Source of the DNA: Podarcis pityusensis
Taxonomy: Eukaryota
Direction: 5' to 3' (one strand)
DNA length: 64,000 nucleotides
Assembly (NCBI GenBank): GCA_964106645.2
Contig: OZ067040.1
Shown: positions 1-12,819 of the stretch, piece by piece
How positions within the stretch are numbered: the first letter of the stretch is position 1
Layout of the letters: each line of letters begins with the position of its first letter
Translations under genes and position numbers: made by a program
Notes under the pieces: generated by a model
What the model was told of the DNA's origin: nothing
Seen by the model: only the letters and a program-made list of their open reading frames with translations
Database searches by the model: none

Positions 1-165
1 TTCAGAGTAGCTCTTGATAGCTGATACCAAGTCTGCTTTTATCTGATTTCTTCCCCTTGCCTTGTTTTTATTTACTTTGCAATGAGGAAACAGCGAAGTG
101 GGGGAAATGTGCCTGGCAGTGGCTGGCTGGGTTGCATGCTTAACTCATGTGATAATCCGTTTCAG

Positions 166-351
166 GAATACGAGTGCCTTGAGCAAGAGAATATCTCCCT
201 GAAAAAAGAAATTGGAAAGCTGACCGACGAAATGAAACACTTGAGCGAAGTCTTGAGGAACCACGAAAAAGTCTGCCCTCTGTTACACTGCTCTTTAAAC
301 TTTGGCTTGATTCCTAGACACGATGTCCTCAGTGGCCCCTTGCCAAGATGA
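166..351 (+). CDS. BATF3: BATF3 final coding exon (leucine zipper and C-terminus); upstream exons lie outside the window
   Basis: Acceptor tttcAG at 164-165, then EYECLEQENISLKKEIGKLTDEMKHLSEVLRNHEKVCPLLHCSLNFGLIPRHDVLSGPLPR-stop, matching the vertebrate BATF3 C-terminus (EYESLEQEN...HEKMCPLL...CLPR). Convergent with ATF3, as at human 1q32. Confidence 0.93.
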   Translation, partial: EYECLEQENISLKKEIGKLTDEMKHLSEVLRNHEKVCPLLHCSLNFGLIPRHDVLSGPLPR

Positions 352-565
352 GGAGGCCCCCTTCAGAGGATCTGCAAGTTCTACTGATATGAGAGAGTTT
401 TTGAGAGCCTCTTTCTTTTCCACCATGCTTCATGGACATGACAAGCACTCTCGCAACTTGCGACTGGTTTCCCACCGCGAAAGTCTAGTAAATAATCAGG
501 ATACTGTCTTGAGGATGGAAAACATGGATGGGCTGCAACCTTGTGGGAAAATCTTTGGACAAAGT

Positions 566-566
<1 letters not shown>

Positions 567-606
<40 letters not shown>
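567..606. repeat. (CT)n(GT)n microsatellite in the BATF3 3'UTR
   Basis: Read directly from the sequence. Confidence 0.95.
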
Positions 607-3600
607 TTCCACTGAGTGCTGTTTGTCCAGCAAGGAATCTGAAATGTGGCCTTGAATGCAAATAATGTCATCACATTTATTTTTAAAGACACAACTTTCT
701 TGTCCTCATTGTTGCTAAGAAATGTGCTGGCGATGATGAGGAAAGGGGAAGAGCCTGTTCTGGAGCTTGAAACCAAAAGGGATAGTGGGCACATCCTGGA
801 GCCAAGGATTGCCACTTCTGCATCTCTTGCCTACCTACCAGATTCTTTGTTCCCTGTGTGCCTTGGGCTTCTCCTCTTCCACTCTCTGTCAAGTTCTGTG
901 AAAATCCAAACATTGCATGTATACTTTTCGGGCTTGTTGTAGTCGTACATAAATTCAGTGATACAAATGCAGCCATCTCCCCTGGTGATTGGGTAGCCCA
1001 CATCCTAGGCCTATTTTTTTCTCTTCTTCTTTTTGGTGGCGGCGGGGGGGGGGTGTTCCCAGCTTTCAGGAGAGGCCTGAGGGAAGCATGCAGAGGATGG
1101 CAGAGGGAAGAAGAGAGGAAGATTCCCCTCTCTTGAGCAGTACCGTGGGGTTTCTTAACTGCGAGCACACCATGAATTTAAAGCACATGAGCTCCTCCAA
1201 AGATTCCTAAGAACGCTAGTTTATTGTAGCTCCGTGAGGGGCTAACTATGACTCCTAGGATGCTCTGGGGAAAGCCACATGCTTTAAATGTATGGCATGT
1301 ATGTTCTTTCATTCCTTTAGAAAGTACCAAATAATGAGCCTATGGTTTGGCTACGTTGTTGAACTGTGCCTCCAGCATTGATACCCTTTTATTTCCTCCT
1401 TCTTTTGAGCCGCTGTTCTGAACCCCATTCTACAGAGAACATATTGATGCCCCCCTTTTATTTGCACTGTTCTTCATCTTCATGAGTCCCTTCCATGCCA
1501 CCCCATAAGGAAAAAAAGCATTTATCTGGCTGGTGAGTTCCTGCTTTATTATGGATCAGAGCCAAAGTCTAAAGCTAATCACATTTTCGGCGTGTTTGCT
1601 GAATGACTCTGAGACCTGCATGAAAATATCTGTTTCCCCTTCCTTTATGGAGGGTGAATGTGCATCACCACTCATGCCCATAACTGGCATGTCTTTGAAA
1701 ACCACAAATCCTCACTGAGTTTCATTTCAGGAACACAGCCTCACCCTTTTCTGCCCATGTTCATAGGACTGGGAACATGGGAAGCTGTCCTGTACTGAGA
1801 TGGACCACTGAGCCATCTAGCTCACCATCATATGCACTGACCCGCATGGGCGCTCCAGGGTTTCAGACACAGCCAGCCCTACCTGGAGATGCTTCAGATT
1901 CAACCTGGGACCTTATGCAATCAAAGCAGATGTCCTACCATGGAGCCATACCCCTTCCTCTGGGATTTCTCTGCTGTTTTCAGAGCAGGAAAAGCTGACA
2001 GTGTGATCTGATGAACGTTCAAGCTCAGTGTTCATTGGAGTTTACACTCTAAAACAGAGATGGGAAACATCTCCAGAACTTTTGAGAATCCATCTTGCAT
2101 CATCCCTGACTATTGGTCAGGAAGAAGAAAGCTGGAGTCACAACATCAGGAGGGAGGCATCCTTCCCACCTGCCTCCTCTCTTTGGTACCTGACATAGCT
2201 ATGGGTTAAAATAGTAGAAAGGCCATATTCGTTCACAGTGCATGGAGGGAGGCAGAACTTCTGTGAGATGACTAAAGGAAACTCAAGGACATCTGAAAAC
2301 AAAGTTCTGATTTATATGGTTTTGCTTCCATTTTCAAGTCCTTGAGCCAGGGAAATATGCGTTCACCACATAGCCACATTTTTCAACGCTTACAGCAATG
2401 AGGATCTGGGATTCTCCAAAAAGGGAAGTTCATGACTTTTTCAAAGAGGACCTTTTGGTTTCTCATCACTTATGCAACAGGATACTTTTAACCCCCTTTT
2501 CTAAAGTACACTTTTGGTTCTGAAGTGAGGATACTTAAATAGCCATTCTGTACTTCTGCGAATGGCATGTCCTGACTGGATGAACTAAGAGAGAGCATTT
2601 TAAGAATGCTGCCGGTTTTCAACTCTGGCAGTTACTTTCTCGACTCACCCTCCTGCATTGCTGTTACTGCTGAAAAGGGAATGGGGATTGGGGGGGGCAC
2701 TTAGGTAATATTAGATTGTGGACTGAAGCACATATCCTCTCCCCCACCCCTGCCTCTTTAGACCTTTATGTCCCTTCCAACTCTATGGTTCTATGATCTG
2801 TATTACTTCACTTCAATCTAGAAACAGCTTGCTGGGTGGGGTGGATCTGCTATGTTAGCTTCCTGGCATGTGGCCACCATTCCTTGGGGTTGTAGAATGG
2901 CGTTGATTTCCGTTCTAACATGTATTTGTCGCAATCGGTGCTGGTTCTGTTCTGCTGCAGTTCTGTTTCCATGAAATGCGACATTATTCACCTCTCCATC
3001 TGCCATTTAGCATGACTTGCACACCTTATGAAACTCTGAACTTACATTCATTTCAATACAAAGAAAACATCAAAACAATGTGGGGGGGGGGGGTCCCATG
3101 TCATTAATTACGTCTCGTTTGTGGACTTGGCAGCAGCAGCAATAACAACATGAATGGATTTCTGTTCCTGACCACAGAAGGAGAGGCAAACTGTTCCTTT
3201 CTCATTTTTGTCAGAATTCTTTGACATCTTTACTGTTGCTTATTGGAAGGAAGACAGATGGGGGGGGGGTTAGTGGGGAGCAAATGCACCAGCAGAGCCA
3301 ACCCAGTGTTCCTGCTTGCGTGTTTGCACTGCACCAGCCTCTCTGCCACCTCACCTCTCTCCCTCCCAGTAAGCAACAACAACTCACCTGCTGCATAAGT
3401 AGCATAGTGGCTTCAGTCCACTCTATGAGATACTTTTGAGCCAAGCCTTGTGTTTTTGGGGACCCTGATGCTCATTCAGCTGAGTAGGCAACAGACCTAA
3501 GCGCAAAACATTGTCTCACCCCTTATATACCTACCCAATTGCTGTGCTCTGCCAGTGAGGCCTCCGACAGATGCCATCTGATAAAGAGGTCTATACCTTA

Positions 3601-4845
3601 CAATATAGGAATTGGGCCTTTAGTTGTGGTGGCACCTGCCCTTTGGAATTCCGTCACCTTGACTATTAGACAGGCACCATCTCTGTTTTCTTGGCGGTGT
3701 CTACTGGAAACTCTCCCTCTTCCAGCAAGCCATTTAAGTAGAGATCTTTCCTAGTATGCACCTGTACTGGGTATGTTTTTAAGATTTTTTTGTTAAATTG
3801 TTTTATCATTTGTTATTTGCTACCCTGGGAAGAGAGGAATATAATTTTAATAAATAAAACAAACAAACAAAAAGCTGTGTCCCTGCAGAACTTCTGGGGG
3901 AAGTGAAGTGAGAAAGAAGAGGAAGGGCGGCCTGAGGTACACTCAATCTCTGAAGGGTGCTCAATTATTTGGGAACTGTTACATCATTGGAACGGGGCCT
4001 ATATAAGCATATAGTACAAAGCACAAAATGCAGGGTGTCGGCTTTCAGCTAAGAATAATGATAGCAAACTTCCTGGGCCTGGGGCCAAGGCAGTACTGGT
4101 CCTCTGGTATTATAACAAGTATGGGGAACCTGTGCCCCCCCCCAGGTATTGCTGGACCACAGCTCCCATCAGCCCTGACAATTGGCCACAGTGGCTGGGA
4201 CGGATAATATTGCAATTGATTACCCACCCTTCACCCAAAGGTCCCAGGGCAGGTTGAACAGCTTTTAAATCACAACCTATAAACCACAGGTAGTGTCCAG
4301 CGACATTTGGAGGGTTACAGATCCCTCATCTCTGAGCTAGACCATTCCAGAATCTTTTGCATTTGTAGCTTTTAAAGGAGAGGAGAAGACAGTTGTGAGG
4401 GTAAACATGCCTTGTCTTTTTCTGTTGACCGGTTTCAGGGAAACCATAAATGCATCTGTCTTGTCCTTCTGCTCTAAGCCCAAGGTTCTCATGAACATTC
4501 AGATTCCATGTGTTGACAATTGGTGGGACCCAGATTCAAATCCAAGATCACTGCTGTCAGCCAGCATAACCTACTTCATAAGGTTGTTGTGAGGGAAATG
4601 TTGGGTAGTCCTTTTAGATGCACCTGCCACTGTTCCTTGGAGGAAGGTTGGGATCCAAATGTGAGTAAAGCATGATTTTCAAGAGATGGTACTTCAAATG
4701 TTGCATTATTACAATGTATTTTTTCCAACTTTTCCTTCCACCTGGAAAACAGAGATTGTCCCTTTCTTCTTCCCAGCACACCTTGCTAAAGACTCCCCCC
4801 CCCACTTCGAACCCACACCTCATCATCATGGCAACATCTCTCTGC

Positions 4846-5451
4846 CATAGCTGTCAAGTGTCCCTTATTTGAAGGGACAGTCCCTTATTCCAGCGCCATG
4901 TCCCGCTGCTGTCCCTTATTGATGGATGTCCCTTAAATGTCCCTTAAATGATGTCCCTTAAATTTCAAAGGAAGCAGCTCCTCTCCCTCCCTCCCTGCCG
5001 GCCAGGGAGGAGGGAGGCTCCAACTGTGTTGCTTGGCTGTGTTGCTCACCCAATAAGAAGTCTAAGAACGACTGGGGGGTGGAGCTTGCATGCCTTGTGT
5101 GTGGCTAGTTAATGCAAGCTGAGGGGTTTTTTGAATGCTGGACGCCATTTTGTTGCACGTGCTGCTGCAAACTTTGCAGTGCAAAGCCAGGCCGGGGAGC
5201 CATCTTAAGTTGAGGCTGCATAGGCCTTGAGGTGCATGTGATTCAGATTCTATTCAGTTGAACTTCTGGTTACAAAGTTGGTTGGACAGTGTTCTCGAAG
5301 CTACCAGCATGAGTTTGACCAGACTGTAGGAGGACAGGAGGACTGGAGTGCCTGGAATAGGTGAGGCTGCAGGTCCCTTATTTTGGCTGCTGGTCCCTTA
5401 TTTTCAAGGCTGCTGGTCCCTTATTTTCAAATCTGTAAGTTGACAGCTATG
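4846..5451. mobile_element. Non-autonomous hAT element
   Basis: TIR CATAGCTGTCAA / TTGACAGCTATG; perfect 8-bp TSD CTCTCTGC (4838-4845, 5452-5459); many subterminal GTCCCTTA repeats. Confidence 0.85.
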
Positions 5452-6170
5452 CTCTCTGCCCAGCCCCAGACTCTTAGATGAGCCACTGGCCCCTTTTGTC
5501 ATATTAATGCCTGTATTCCAGGTGAGTCCCTGGCTTGGAAAGAAAGCTTAGCCGGACCTCCAGTCTTCCCCTCAATAATCCAAAAAATCAAAACACTGCC
5601 AATTAATAATTTCTGGGGTTCAGGAGAGGATCCCCCCAAAATCTATAGCAATATCCAGCAGGTCTCCTATGTTCCCACAGTAACTAACCAGATGCCTTTG
5701 GGAAGCTCACAGGTAGAGTTGCCCTTTCCAGCTACTGCTCTCAGGAGCTGGTATTCAGTGATATAGTCACCATGACTAGTAGCCATTGATAGTCTTTATC
5801 CTCCATGAATTTATCTTATTCCCTCTTAAAGCCAGGGCTTTTCTCAGGGGGAACTCACAGGAACTCAGTTCTGGCACCTCTCAGGTGGGCACCATTGCCA
5901 TTCCAAGATGGAGGTGTTCATTCCCTCAATAGCACTGCTTAAAGCCACCCAGTTTGGAGGCCACATCCACATACTGCAGTAAGCAAATTTAGCTCTGTTG
6001 TCCTTAACATGTACCTCATATATCTCAATGTCCAAGGGAGATGTTGTACGATGGGAACACTCCCTCAAAGCCAGAATGGCAAGCAAACAAAGTAAACCAA
6101 AGTCACCTCGCTTCACTTGAGTAGGGAGCGGTTGTGTGCTTGCACTTCAGCTGCCTGGTTAGAAAAGAAG

Positions 6171-6447
6171 AAGAAGAAGAAGAGGAGGAGGAGGAGGAGG
6201 AGGAGTTTGGATTTGATATCCCGCTCTATCACTACCCAAAGGAGTCTCAAAGCGGCTAACATTCTCCTTTCCCTTCCTCCCCCACAACAAACACTCTGTG
6301 AGGTGAGTGGGGCTGAGAGACTTCAAAGAAGTGTGACTAGCCCAAGGTCACCCAGCAGCTGCATGTGGAGGAGCGGGGAAGCGAACCCGGTTCCCCAGAT
6401 TACGAGTCCACCGCTCTTAACCACTACACCACACTGGCTCTCTCACA
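6171..6447 (-). mobile_element. Young tRNA-derived SINE (Squam3/Ther1-like)
   Basis: Head GCCAGTGTGGTGTAGTGGTTAAGAGCGG...GGGTTCG; (CTC/CTT)n tail; 16-bp TSD CTGGTTAGAAAAGAAG (6155-6170, 6448-6463). Confidence 0.85.
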
Positions 6448-7895
6448 CTGGTTAGAAAAGAAGGCCAAGACACACAGCCCTTCATGGGATTTCCTCTTGT
6501 GCGATGAACTAGCTATGGCACCATCAGCAGGACGTGAACCAGGACTGGGAACCTTTTTTTAGGCTGAGGGCTTCATTCCCTTCTGGGTAGCCTCCCAGGC
6601 GCCACCTGCCAATGCTGGTCAGGACCAGAAGCAAAAGTGGGCGGAGTAATGGGTGTAGATTTTAACTGGAAAGTAGGCTAGTGTCCTCATGCACTCACAC
6701 AGACCCCTGTATCCTTGCAGAAGAGCATGAAGAATGATTAAGAGTTCAGGGATACATTCCAGCCAGGCATAAACACTCAAGGAGGGTCCAAAACAGGGCT
6801 GGCAAGCTGTGTGCCCTGAGGAGAGTCCCAAGGGCCAGGCAGAGAAACTTGGAGGGCTGCATTTGGCCCCCGGGCCTGAGGTTCTCCATCGTATATGTAG
6901 ACACACGGTTTAAAACATATGCTCCCTACAGCCTGCCAGTTGGTCCTCATTGTCTAGGGATGCCCTTCAGATACCCACATTCCCCCACCCCCAAAAGGAA
7001 TTGGCATGCTCTCAGTATATGAGTCTAAAGTACGTCTCATCTACAACTTTCCCAAGTTCCCCCTCTTTCCTTCTGTTTGTTCAGTGAAAGGACCACTGAA
7101 ACCTGTGGAGAATTTTTTAGAGTCATTGCAATTGCAATCCCTTGTGCAGAAATGAAGGAGCTCTCCAGCTCAAGAAAAGAGTTTCATGGCTTTACTACAG
7201 AAGAACCTTACACCTTATATCTTTTAACAGTTTCTTCTCCTGGACAGCAAGACACTGCCAAAAAAAAAAAAAAAAGGTGCTTCTTTGTAAGAAACAATTT
7301 CGGGAATATCTAACACTACTTCCTGCATGTTTGCCTGCCTCCTAAAGTGAACATCTCATGGGTTTGCACAATGGAAAATACTAGTGGAGGAAGCGCTTAA
7401 AAAAAAAAAGGTTGACTCTCCTGTGCATCACGGACTGTGCCTACTGTGGTCCAAAATACATGCTGATGCCCTAACTCTGACACATCTCATAGTCATTATT
7501 CTCCACATCCTGGATTACTTACATGTGAAACCTGCAAGAATCATTCCTGTTGTTTCAGACCCCAAAAGGCAAATTTCTGCCTCTACACAATCAACATGCA
7601 CTTCTTTTCAAATTAATTTTCTTCTGAATAGGTGGATCTAGGTCTCAGGCGCTGCTGTGCTCTTAACAGGTTCAATCATGGTCAGTCACACAGCAGCATG
7701 GGTTTTTAAAGCATCAGACCTGCATAAGCAGTGGTTCTCAGACACATAGAGCTTACCTTGTGTAACACTGCATCATGGTATTCATAGTCTTTTTCTAAAA
7801 AACCAAAAAAAAATAGAAGTAGAAAAGTATTGACAGCACTAGATGATCCCCAAATCATCGCCTTTTAAAATGTATTTACTTACGTAATGAGGAAT

Positions 7896-8673
7896 ATGAA
7901 GGTCTACTAGGCCTGTGTGTTGAGCATGAAACTTTACAGAAGTGAGTCATGGGCAACTTATAGTGGCCAAGAGCGACATCTCAACACTTTCCACTTGCGT
8001 TGTATCAAGAAGATTTTGGGCGTCACATGGCAGGACAGTCTCAGACAAAGATGTGCTTTTCCAAGCCCACATTCCCAGCATGTTCACACTTCTGTCTCAA
8101 CGATGTCTACGCTGGCTTGGTCATGTCCACAGAATGGAAGATGGCAGAGAGTGGGCTTCAGGCACTAGGCCCTGGAGCAAACCAACTCCGTGTGACAAAG
8201 ATGTCTGCAAATATGATGAGAAGGTTGGCAACATTAAGCCCATCGTGTGGGAATCCCTTCCAGATGATTGCAGTGCCTGGAAGCAGACAGGTCATGTATC
8301 CACAGCAGAGAACAGAGGAGGAATGGCCGCTGGAAGGAGTGCAGAGAGAAGAAACGCCATGGTGTGCCTGTAGCAGCAAAACAGGATGCCTTCATCTGCC
8401 CCAGCTACAACAAAACATGTCTCTCCTGTATCGGTCTCTACAGCCACAGCAGGCACTCTCCAGCAGTTTGACTTTAACCCAGGCTTCCTCAGCCTCGGCC
8501 CTCCAGATGTTTTGAGACTACAGTTCCCATCATCCCTGACCACTGGTCCTGCTAGCTAGGGATCATGGGAGTTGTAGGCCAAAAACATCTGCAGGGCCGA
8601 GGTTGAGGAAGCCTGCTTTAACCTGAAGGCACACACTTCCATTGTCTCTTGAGACAGATTGGACGCCAACAAC
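7896..8673 (+). mobile_element. RTE-clade LINE 3' fragment (frameshifted)
   Basis: HLNTFHLRCIKKILGVTWQD, LRWLGHVHRMEDGR and a C-terminal Cys/His motif across three frames; CAACAAC tail. Confidence 0.85.
8480..8615. mobile_element. hAT-type MITE nested in the RTE fragment
   Basis: Long IRs CAGGCTTCCTCA...TGAGGAAGCCTG; perfect 8-bp TSD CTTTAACC. Confidence 0.88.
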
Positions 8674-10082
8674 TTATGCAAAACATTTTTATTCGACCTT
8701 TCCCCCCAGAAGCTTTAGAGACTGCTGGCAACAGTTATGAAGGCAATAAATGTTGTAGATGACTAAAGTCATATTCAGATTAAACTCACTGACATGAGTG
8801 GTTTTAATTGGTTAAGTCTATTGGCTTCAAAAGGACTGTTATTGAGTTTGTCTAAGGCATCAATCCTTACCCCACTGATCTGGGAGCAAGCCCCGCCCAC
8901 TGGACAGCTGGCTTTGAGGGGCGCATTCGCGGCATCCTGCGAGCCCATTGGTCGCTTGGTGAGACTCGCAGAAATGGCGCTCGACTTGCAGGGCACCTGA
9001 GCTGCTGTATCCTTCTCAGGCAGGGGGCGGCCTAGAAGGACGCAACAGCTCACGACGCCCTGCCCCTCCCCCCACCCAAAAAAATGTGCCGTGGGGCGAT
9101 GCCCCCCCAGCTCCCCATATTATACCTCTGGCCTGTTGGAGTAATGGTCACGTAAATAAACAAGGCTGTGTACACACACCTCTTTGCATCTAGTGCACTC
9201 TCCCACAGTCCATATATATCCTGTAATTTCTGAGGAACTGCTGCGTTTTGATGCATTTCCCCCCAAACTAGCATTGATCTGAACAGAGAAAAAGAAGAAG
9301 CCAGATGTGTTTCGAGCCAGTAATGTGTGCACAAGCCAAAGCCTCTGAGCAGTGTATCACCATCTAGTGAGGAATTGATTTCTGCATGGAACTCTCTTCT
9401 TTTAAAAACCACAAGACTTCTGGTCTCCTCAGGCAACCGCTGTGGCATACCGTGTCTGGGGTTTCCGCTGGTGAATCAGCCTAGAGTAGATTGAAGTACC
9501 AAAGGAAAACTAGTGCAGAAAGCACTAGTACTTTGAAACTAAAAAACAACAACCAAAAACTACCCTCCTCTCTTCTTCCCATCAGTCTTGAGGCGTCATT
9601 TCTCTCACAGGAAGAAGTAGGAAAGACGATTTACGAAGCTGTTACGGTCTTGAGGGAAATTAAGATGATGCGCAACTTTTTCTTTTCATGCCTGGGATTT
9701 AGGAGAAACTGTCCACAGAACTCTGACGAATTGTGGTTTTCTTTATTTATTTAACAAATTTGTATGCCACTTCCAACAGTATAAAGACACTCTAAGCAGT
9801 TTATAAAGGACTGCCCGTCTCAGCTTCCACCGTGCATTTAACTCCAAATCCTAACAGGATGAACCATAGCTGAGTATGATATACCTTTTTTTTCCCCATG
9901 CAGAAGGTGGCAGGTTCTGTATCCAGCATTCACTGGTAGAGCTGGAAAAGTCTTCTATATGCAAAGTCACTGCCAGCCAGTGTGTAAGCTGTACAGAGCT
10001 AGATGGAGCAGAGATCTGACTTGGTACAAGACAATTTCTCATGCCCTAAGCCTTGCTAGATCAGTCCAAAGTTCATCTATAG

Positions 10083-10220
10083 CAGTGTTTCCCAAACTTT
10101 GGTCTCCAGCTGTTTTTGGACTACAACTCCCATCATCCTTGACCACTGGATCTTGCTAGTTAGGGATGATGGGAGTTGTAGTTTAAAAAACAGCAGGAGA
10201 CCTAACTTTGGGAAACACTG
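10083..10220. mobile_element. hAT-type MITE (same core family)
   Basis: TIR CAGTGTTTCCCAAA / TTTGGGAAACACTG; TSD ATCTA(T/C)AG; ACTACAACTCCCATCATCC core. Confidence 0.85.
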
Positions 10221-10434
10221 ATCTACAGTACTGGAATGGGACTGCCTTAGAAGCACACAATATTGAATCCAAAAGGACAGGTAAATAGATAAAGGACTGA
10301 TTCCAGTCATATATTTCTGGGAAGTACACAAGCAGAACATAAAGGCAATTTCCCTCCCCTGCTCTTTGCCCTTGTCAGCTGTGCCTCAAATATATACTGC
10401 CCCCAAACTTGGAGGCTCTATGTGTCCCTAGTAA

Positions 10435-10769
10435 TTGTTGTTGTTTAGTCGTTCAGTTGTGTCCGACTCTTCGTGACCCCATGGACCAGAGCACACCAGG
10501 CACTCCTGTCTTCCACTGCCTCCCGCAGTTTGGTCAAACTCATGCTGGTAGCTTCGAGAACACTATCCAACCATCTCGTCCTCTGTCGTCCCCTTCTCCT
10601 TGTGCCCTCAATCTTTCCCAACATCAGGGTCTTTTCCAGGGAGTCTTCTCTTCTCATGAGGTGGCCAAAGTACTGGAGCCTCAGCTTCAGGATCTGTCCT
10701 TCCAGTGAGCACTCAGGGCTGATTTCCTTAAGAATGGAGAGGTTTGATCTTCTTGCAGTCCATGGGACT
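10435..10769 (-). mobile_element. BovB (RTE) LINE 3' end
   Basis: ILKEISPECSLEGQILKLRLQYFGHLMRREDSLEKTLMLGKIEG...VHGVTKSRTQLND followed by a (CAA)n tail. Confidence 0.93.
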
Positions 10770-11090
10770 AAGCCTCCGTTAACTGTCTGCTCCTTTTCAA
10801 AAGCCACACCAGACTACCAGTAGCCTCCAAATTGTTCTTGTAACACTGATTTCCACCATCCAGCTTTCCACAACCTGGTGCTCTTCAGATATGGTGGACT
10901 ACAACTCCCATCATCCCTGACTATTGGCCAGACTGGCAGGAACTGATGGGAGCTAGAGTTCAGCAACATCTGGAGGGGACAATAATTTGCCATAGTTTTG
11001 TATGTTGTGTGACGTGCTTTCCTGAATATCATAGCAAGTGGATGGAAAGGAAGCTGAAGAGTTTTGGAAGCATTTCAAATCCTTCCTCTA

Positions 11091-11981
11091 TTTTTGTAAT
11101 TAATAATTTTATTGTTTATTTAACATAATTGTTACAAAATATTGCAAATACATACATACATACAAATATATTTCAAATAAGCACATATACATGAAAAAAG
11201 GAACAAAAGAGGAAAAAAGAAGAAAAGAAAAAAGAAGAAAAATAATAAAGAGGGGGGGAAAGAAGAAAAGTTGGAAGAATTTCTCCCAAGTTTATTCTAC
11301 AAATATCTTAATATGAAAATAATAATAAAATTTCATTGATTGACTTCCATCGCTTACACTGCACTTCCTATATGCATTTTAAGCAAGATTATGTCTGTTA
11401 TTCTGTATTTTTCCCATATAATCTCACACAAATATTCTAAACAATAAGTTTTCTCAATCTCTCATAAATCTATTATAAACACAGCCAATACCTTACATTT
11501 AATCCTTGTCTACATAAATACTCATTTAAACATTTCCATTGTTTCTGGATTATATTTTTTGGTTTTTGTCTTATCAAATCAGTCAACTTTGATAATTCCA
11601 AGTATTCGCATATTTTATTCAACCATTCTTCTTTGGTTGGAAAATAATTTCCTTCCCAATTATTGGCTATCAACATTCTCGCTGCTGTTGTCACGTATAA
11701 GAAAATATTAATTTTGTCATTCGGGATGTCTCCGTTCAAAATTCCTAATAAATATGATTCTGCTCTTTTATTATGCGATGTTTTTATTAGCTTTTTTAAT
11801 TTCCTCATGTATCATATTCCAATAATTCTTAATTTCCGGACAGGACCACCACATATGGTGTAAGGTTCCAATCATTCTATTACACGTCCAGCACTTGTTA
11901 TCACCCAATATTTTTTTTTTTCATTTTTGCCAACCTATCTGGTGACATATACCATCTATGATGCATTTTCATGAAGTTTTC
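11091..11981 (-). mobile_element. L1-clade LINE 3' fragment
   Basis: ORF2 C-terminus (CWTC...HMWWSCP; YVTTAARMLIANNW), T-rich 3'UTR, about 18-bp degenerate TSD TTTCAAATYCTTCCWCTA. Confidence 0.85.
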
Positions 11982-12819
11982 TTTCAAATTCTTCCACTAA
12001 ATTCCACCAAAGCCTACAACCTTTTCCCTATTGCCCCTCCGCACCCCAGTTTATGGGGAGATATAAAATACCCATGAAATAGAGCAAAATATTTTCTTCA
12101 TTTTCTCCTTCTCGTACGTCCAGTTCACTTTTTGTCGGTGAGCAGCACAAAGCTTTACCATTTGTGGTGTTCTTTTTAATGTAAAAACCAAAGTGGTCTC
12201 ACTTTAGTCTTGCAACTTTCAAGTTGGCGTATCAACTCTTTGGGAAATGGTGTCCAGTAATTTCCAAGGGTAACGTGACTCTAGAGTTTAACATCCTTTC
12301 GCTTTCTATTTACTAGAAATGTCCACAATAAAGATACCCTTAACTCACACTTGGATTTCAAGTTTTCACACTGTGGTTACTGGGCCTGTGAAAATGTAAA
12401 ATTCACACGTTTGCCTTGCCCCACAAAGTCCCACCTCACTCGAAAGTTGGAATGCTCTGCCTACAGAATTGTATCCACTGAAGATCTAACTTGACCTGTT
12501 TTGAGTCTTCTCATGAGATTTTTTTATTACATATCTATGGGAGTTCTCCAACTTCATTTTTTTTTAACCTAGCATGATGATTCAGCCTCAGCATTGTGCT
12601 CACTCTCACATAAGCATTCCACAGAATTCAAATTGCAATGCAGTAAAATTAAGTAAAAGAAATAAACACAGCCAAAATAAAAAATAAAAATCAATACGAA
12701 TATTTAATATGATAGATGCGCCATTCGAACGTAATGGTGATCAAGTATTTTGCAGGAGTGATTCAGTCACATACCAGCAATGTAGGCTTCTACAATTAAA
12801 GTGGATTAGAGCAGTTTAA

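Noticed and set aside
82-165. N-terminal 28 codons of the 89-aa ORF as a single-exon gene
   Set aside because: Similarity to BATF3 starts only after the acceptor at 165; the upstream part is intron.
3845-3860. BATF3 poly(A) signal
   Set aside because: This AATAAA lies in the (TAAA)n tail of a decayed L2-like repeat; use as the BATF3 end cannot be supported from sequence alone.
6380-6440. tRNA gene (also at 12.8, 32.2, 61.8 and 63.5 kb)
   Set aside because: These A/B-box sequences are SINE heads followed by SINE bodies and tails.
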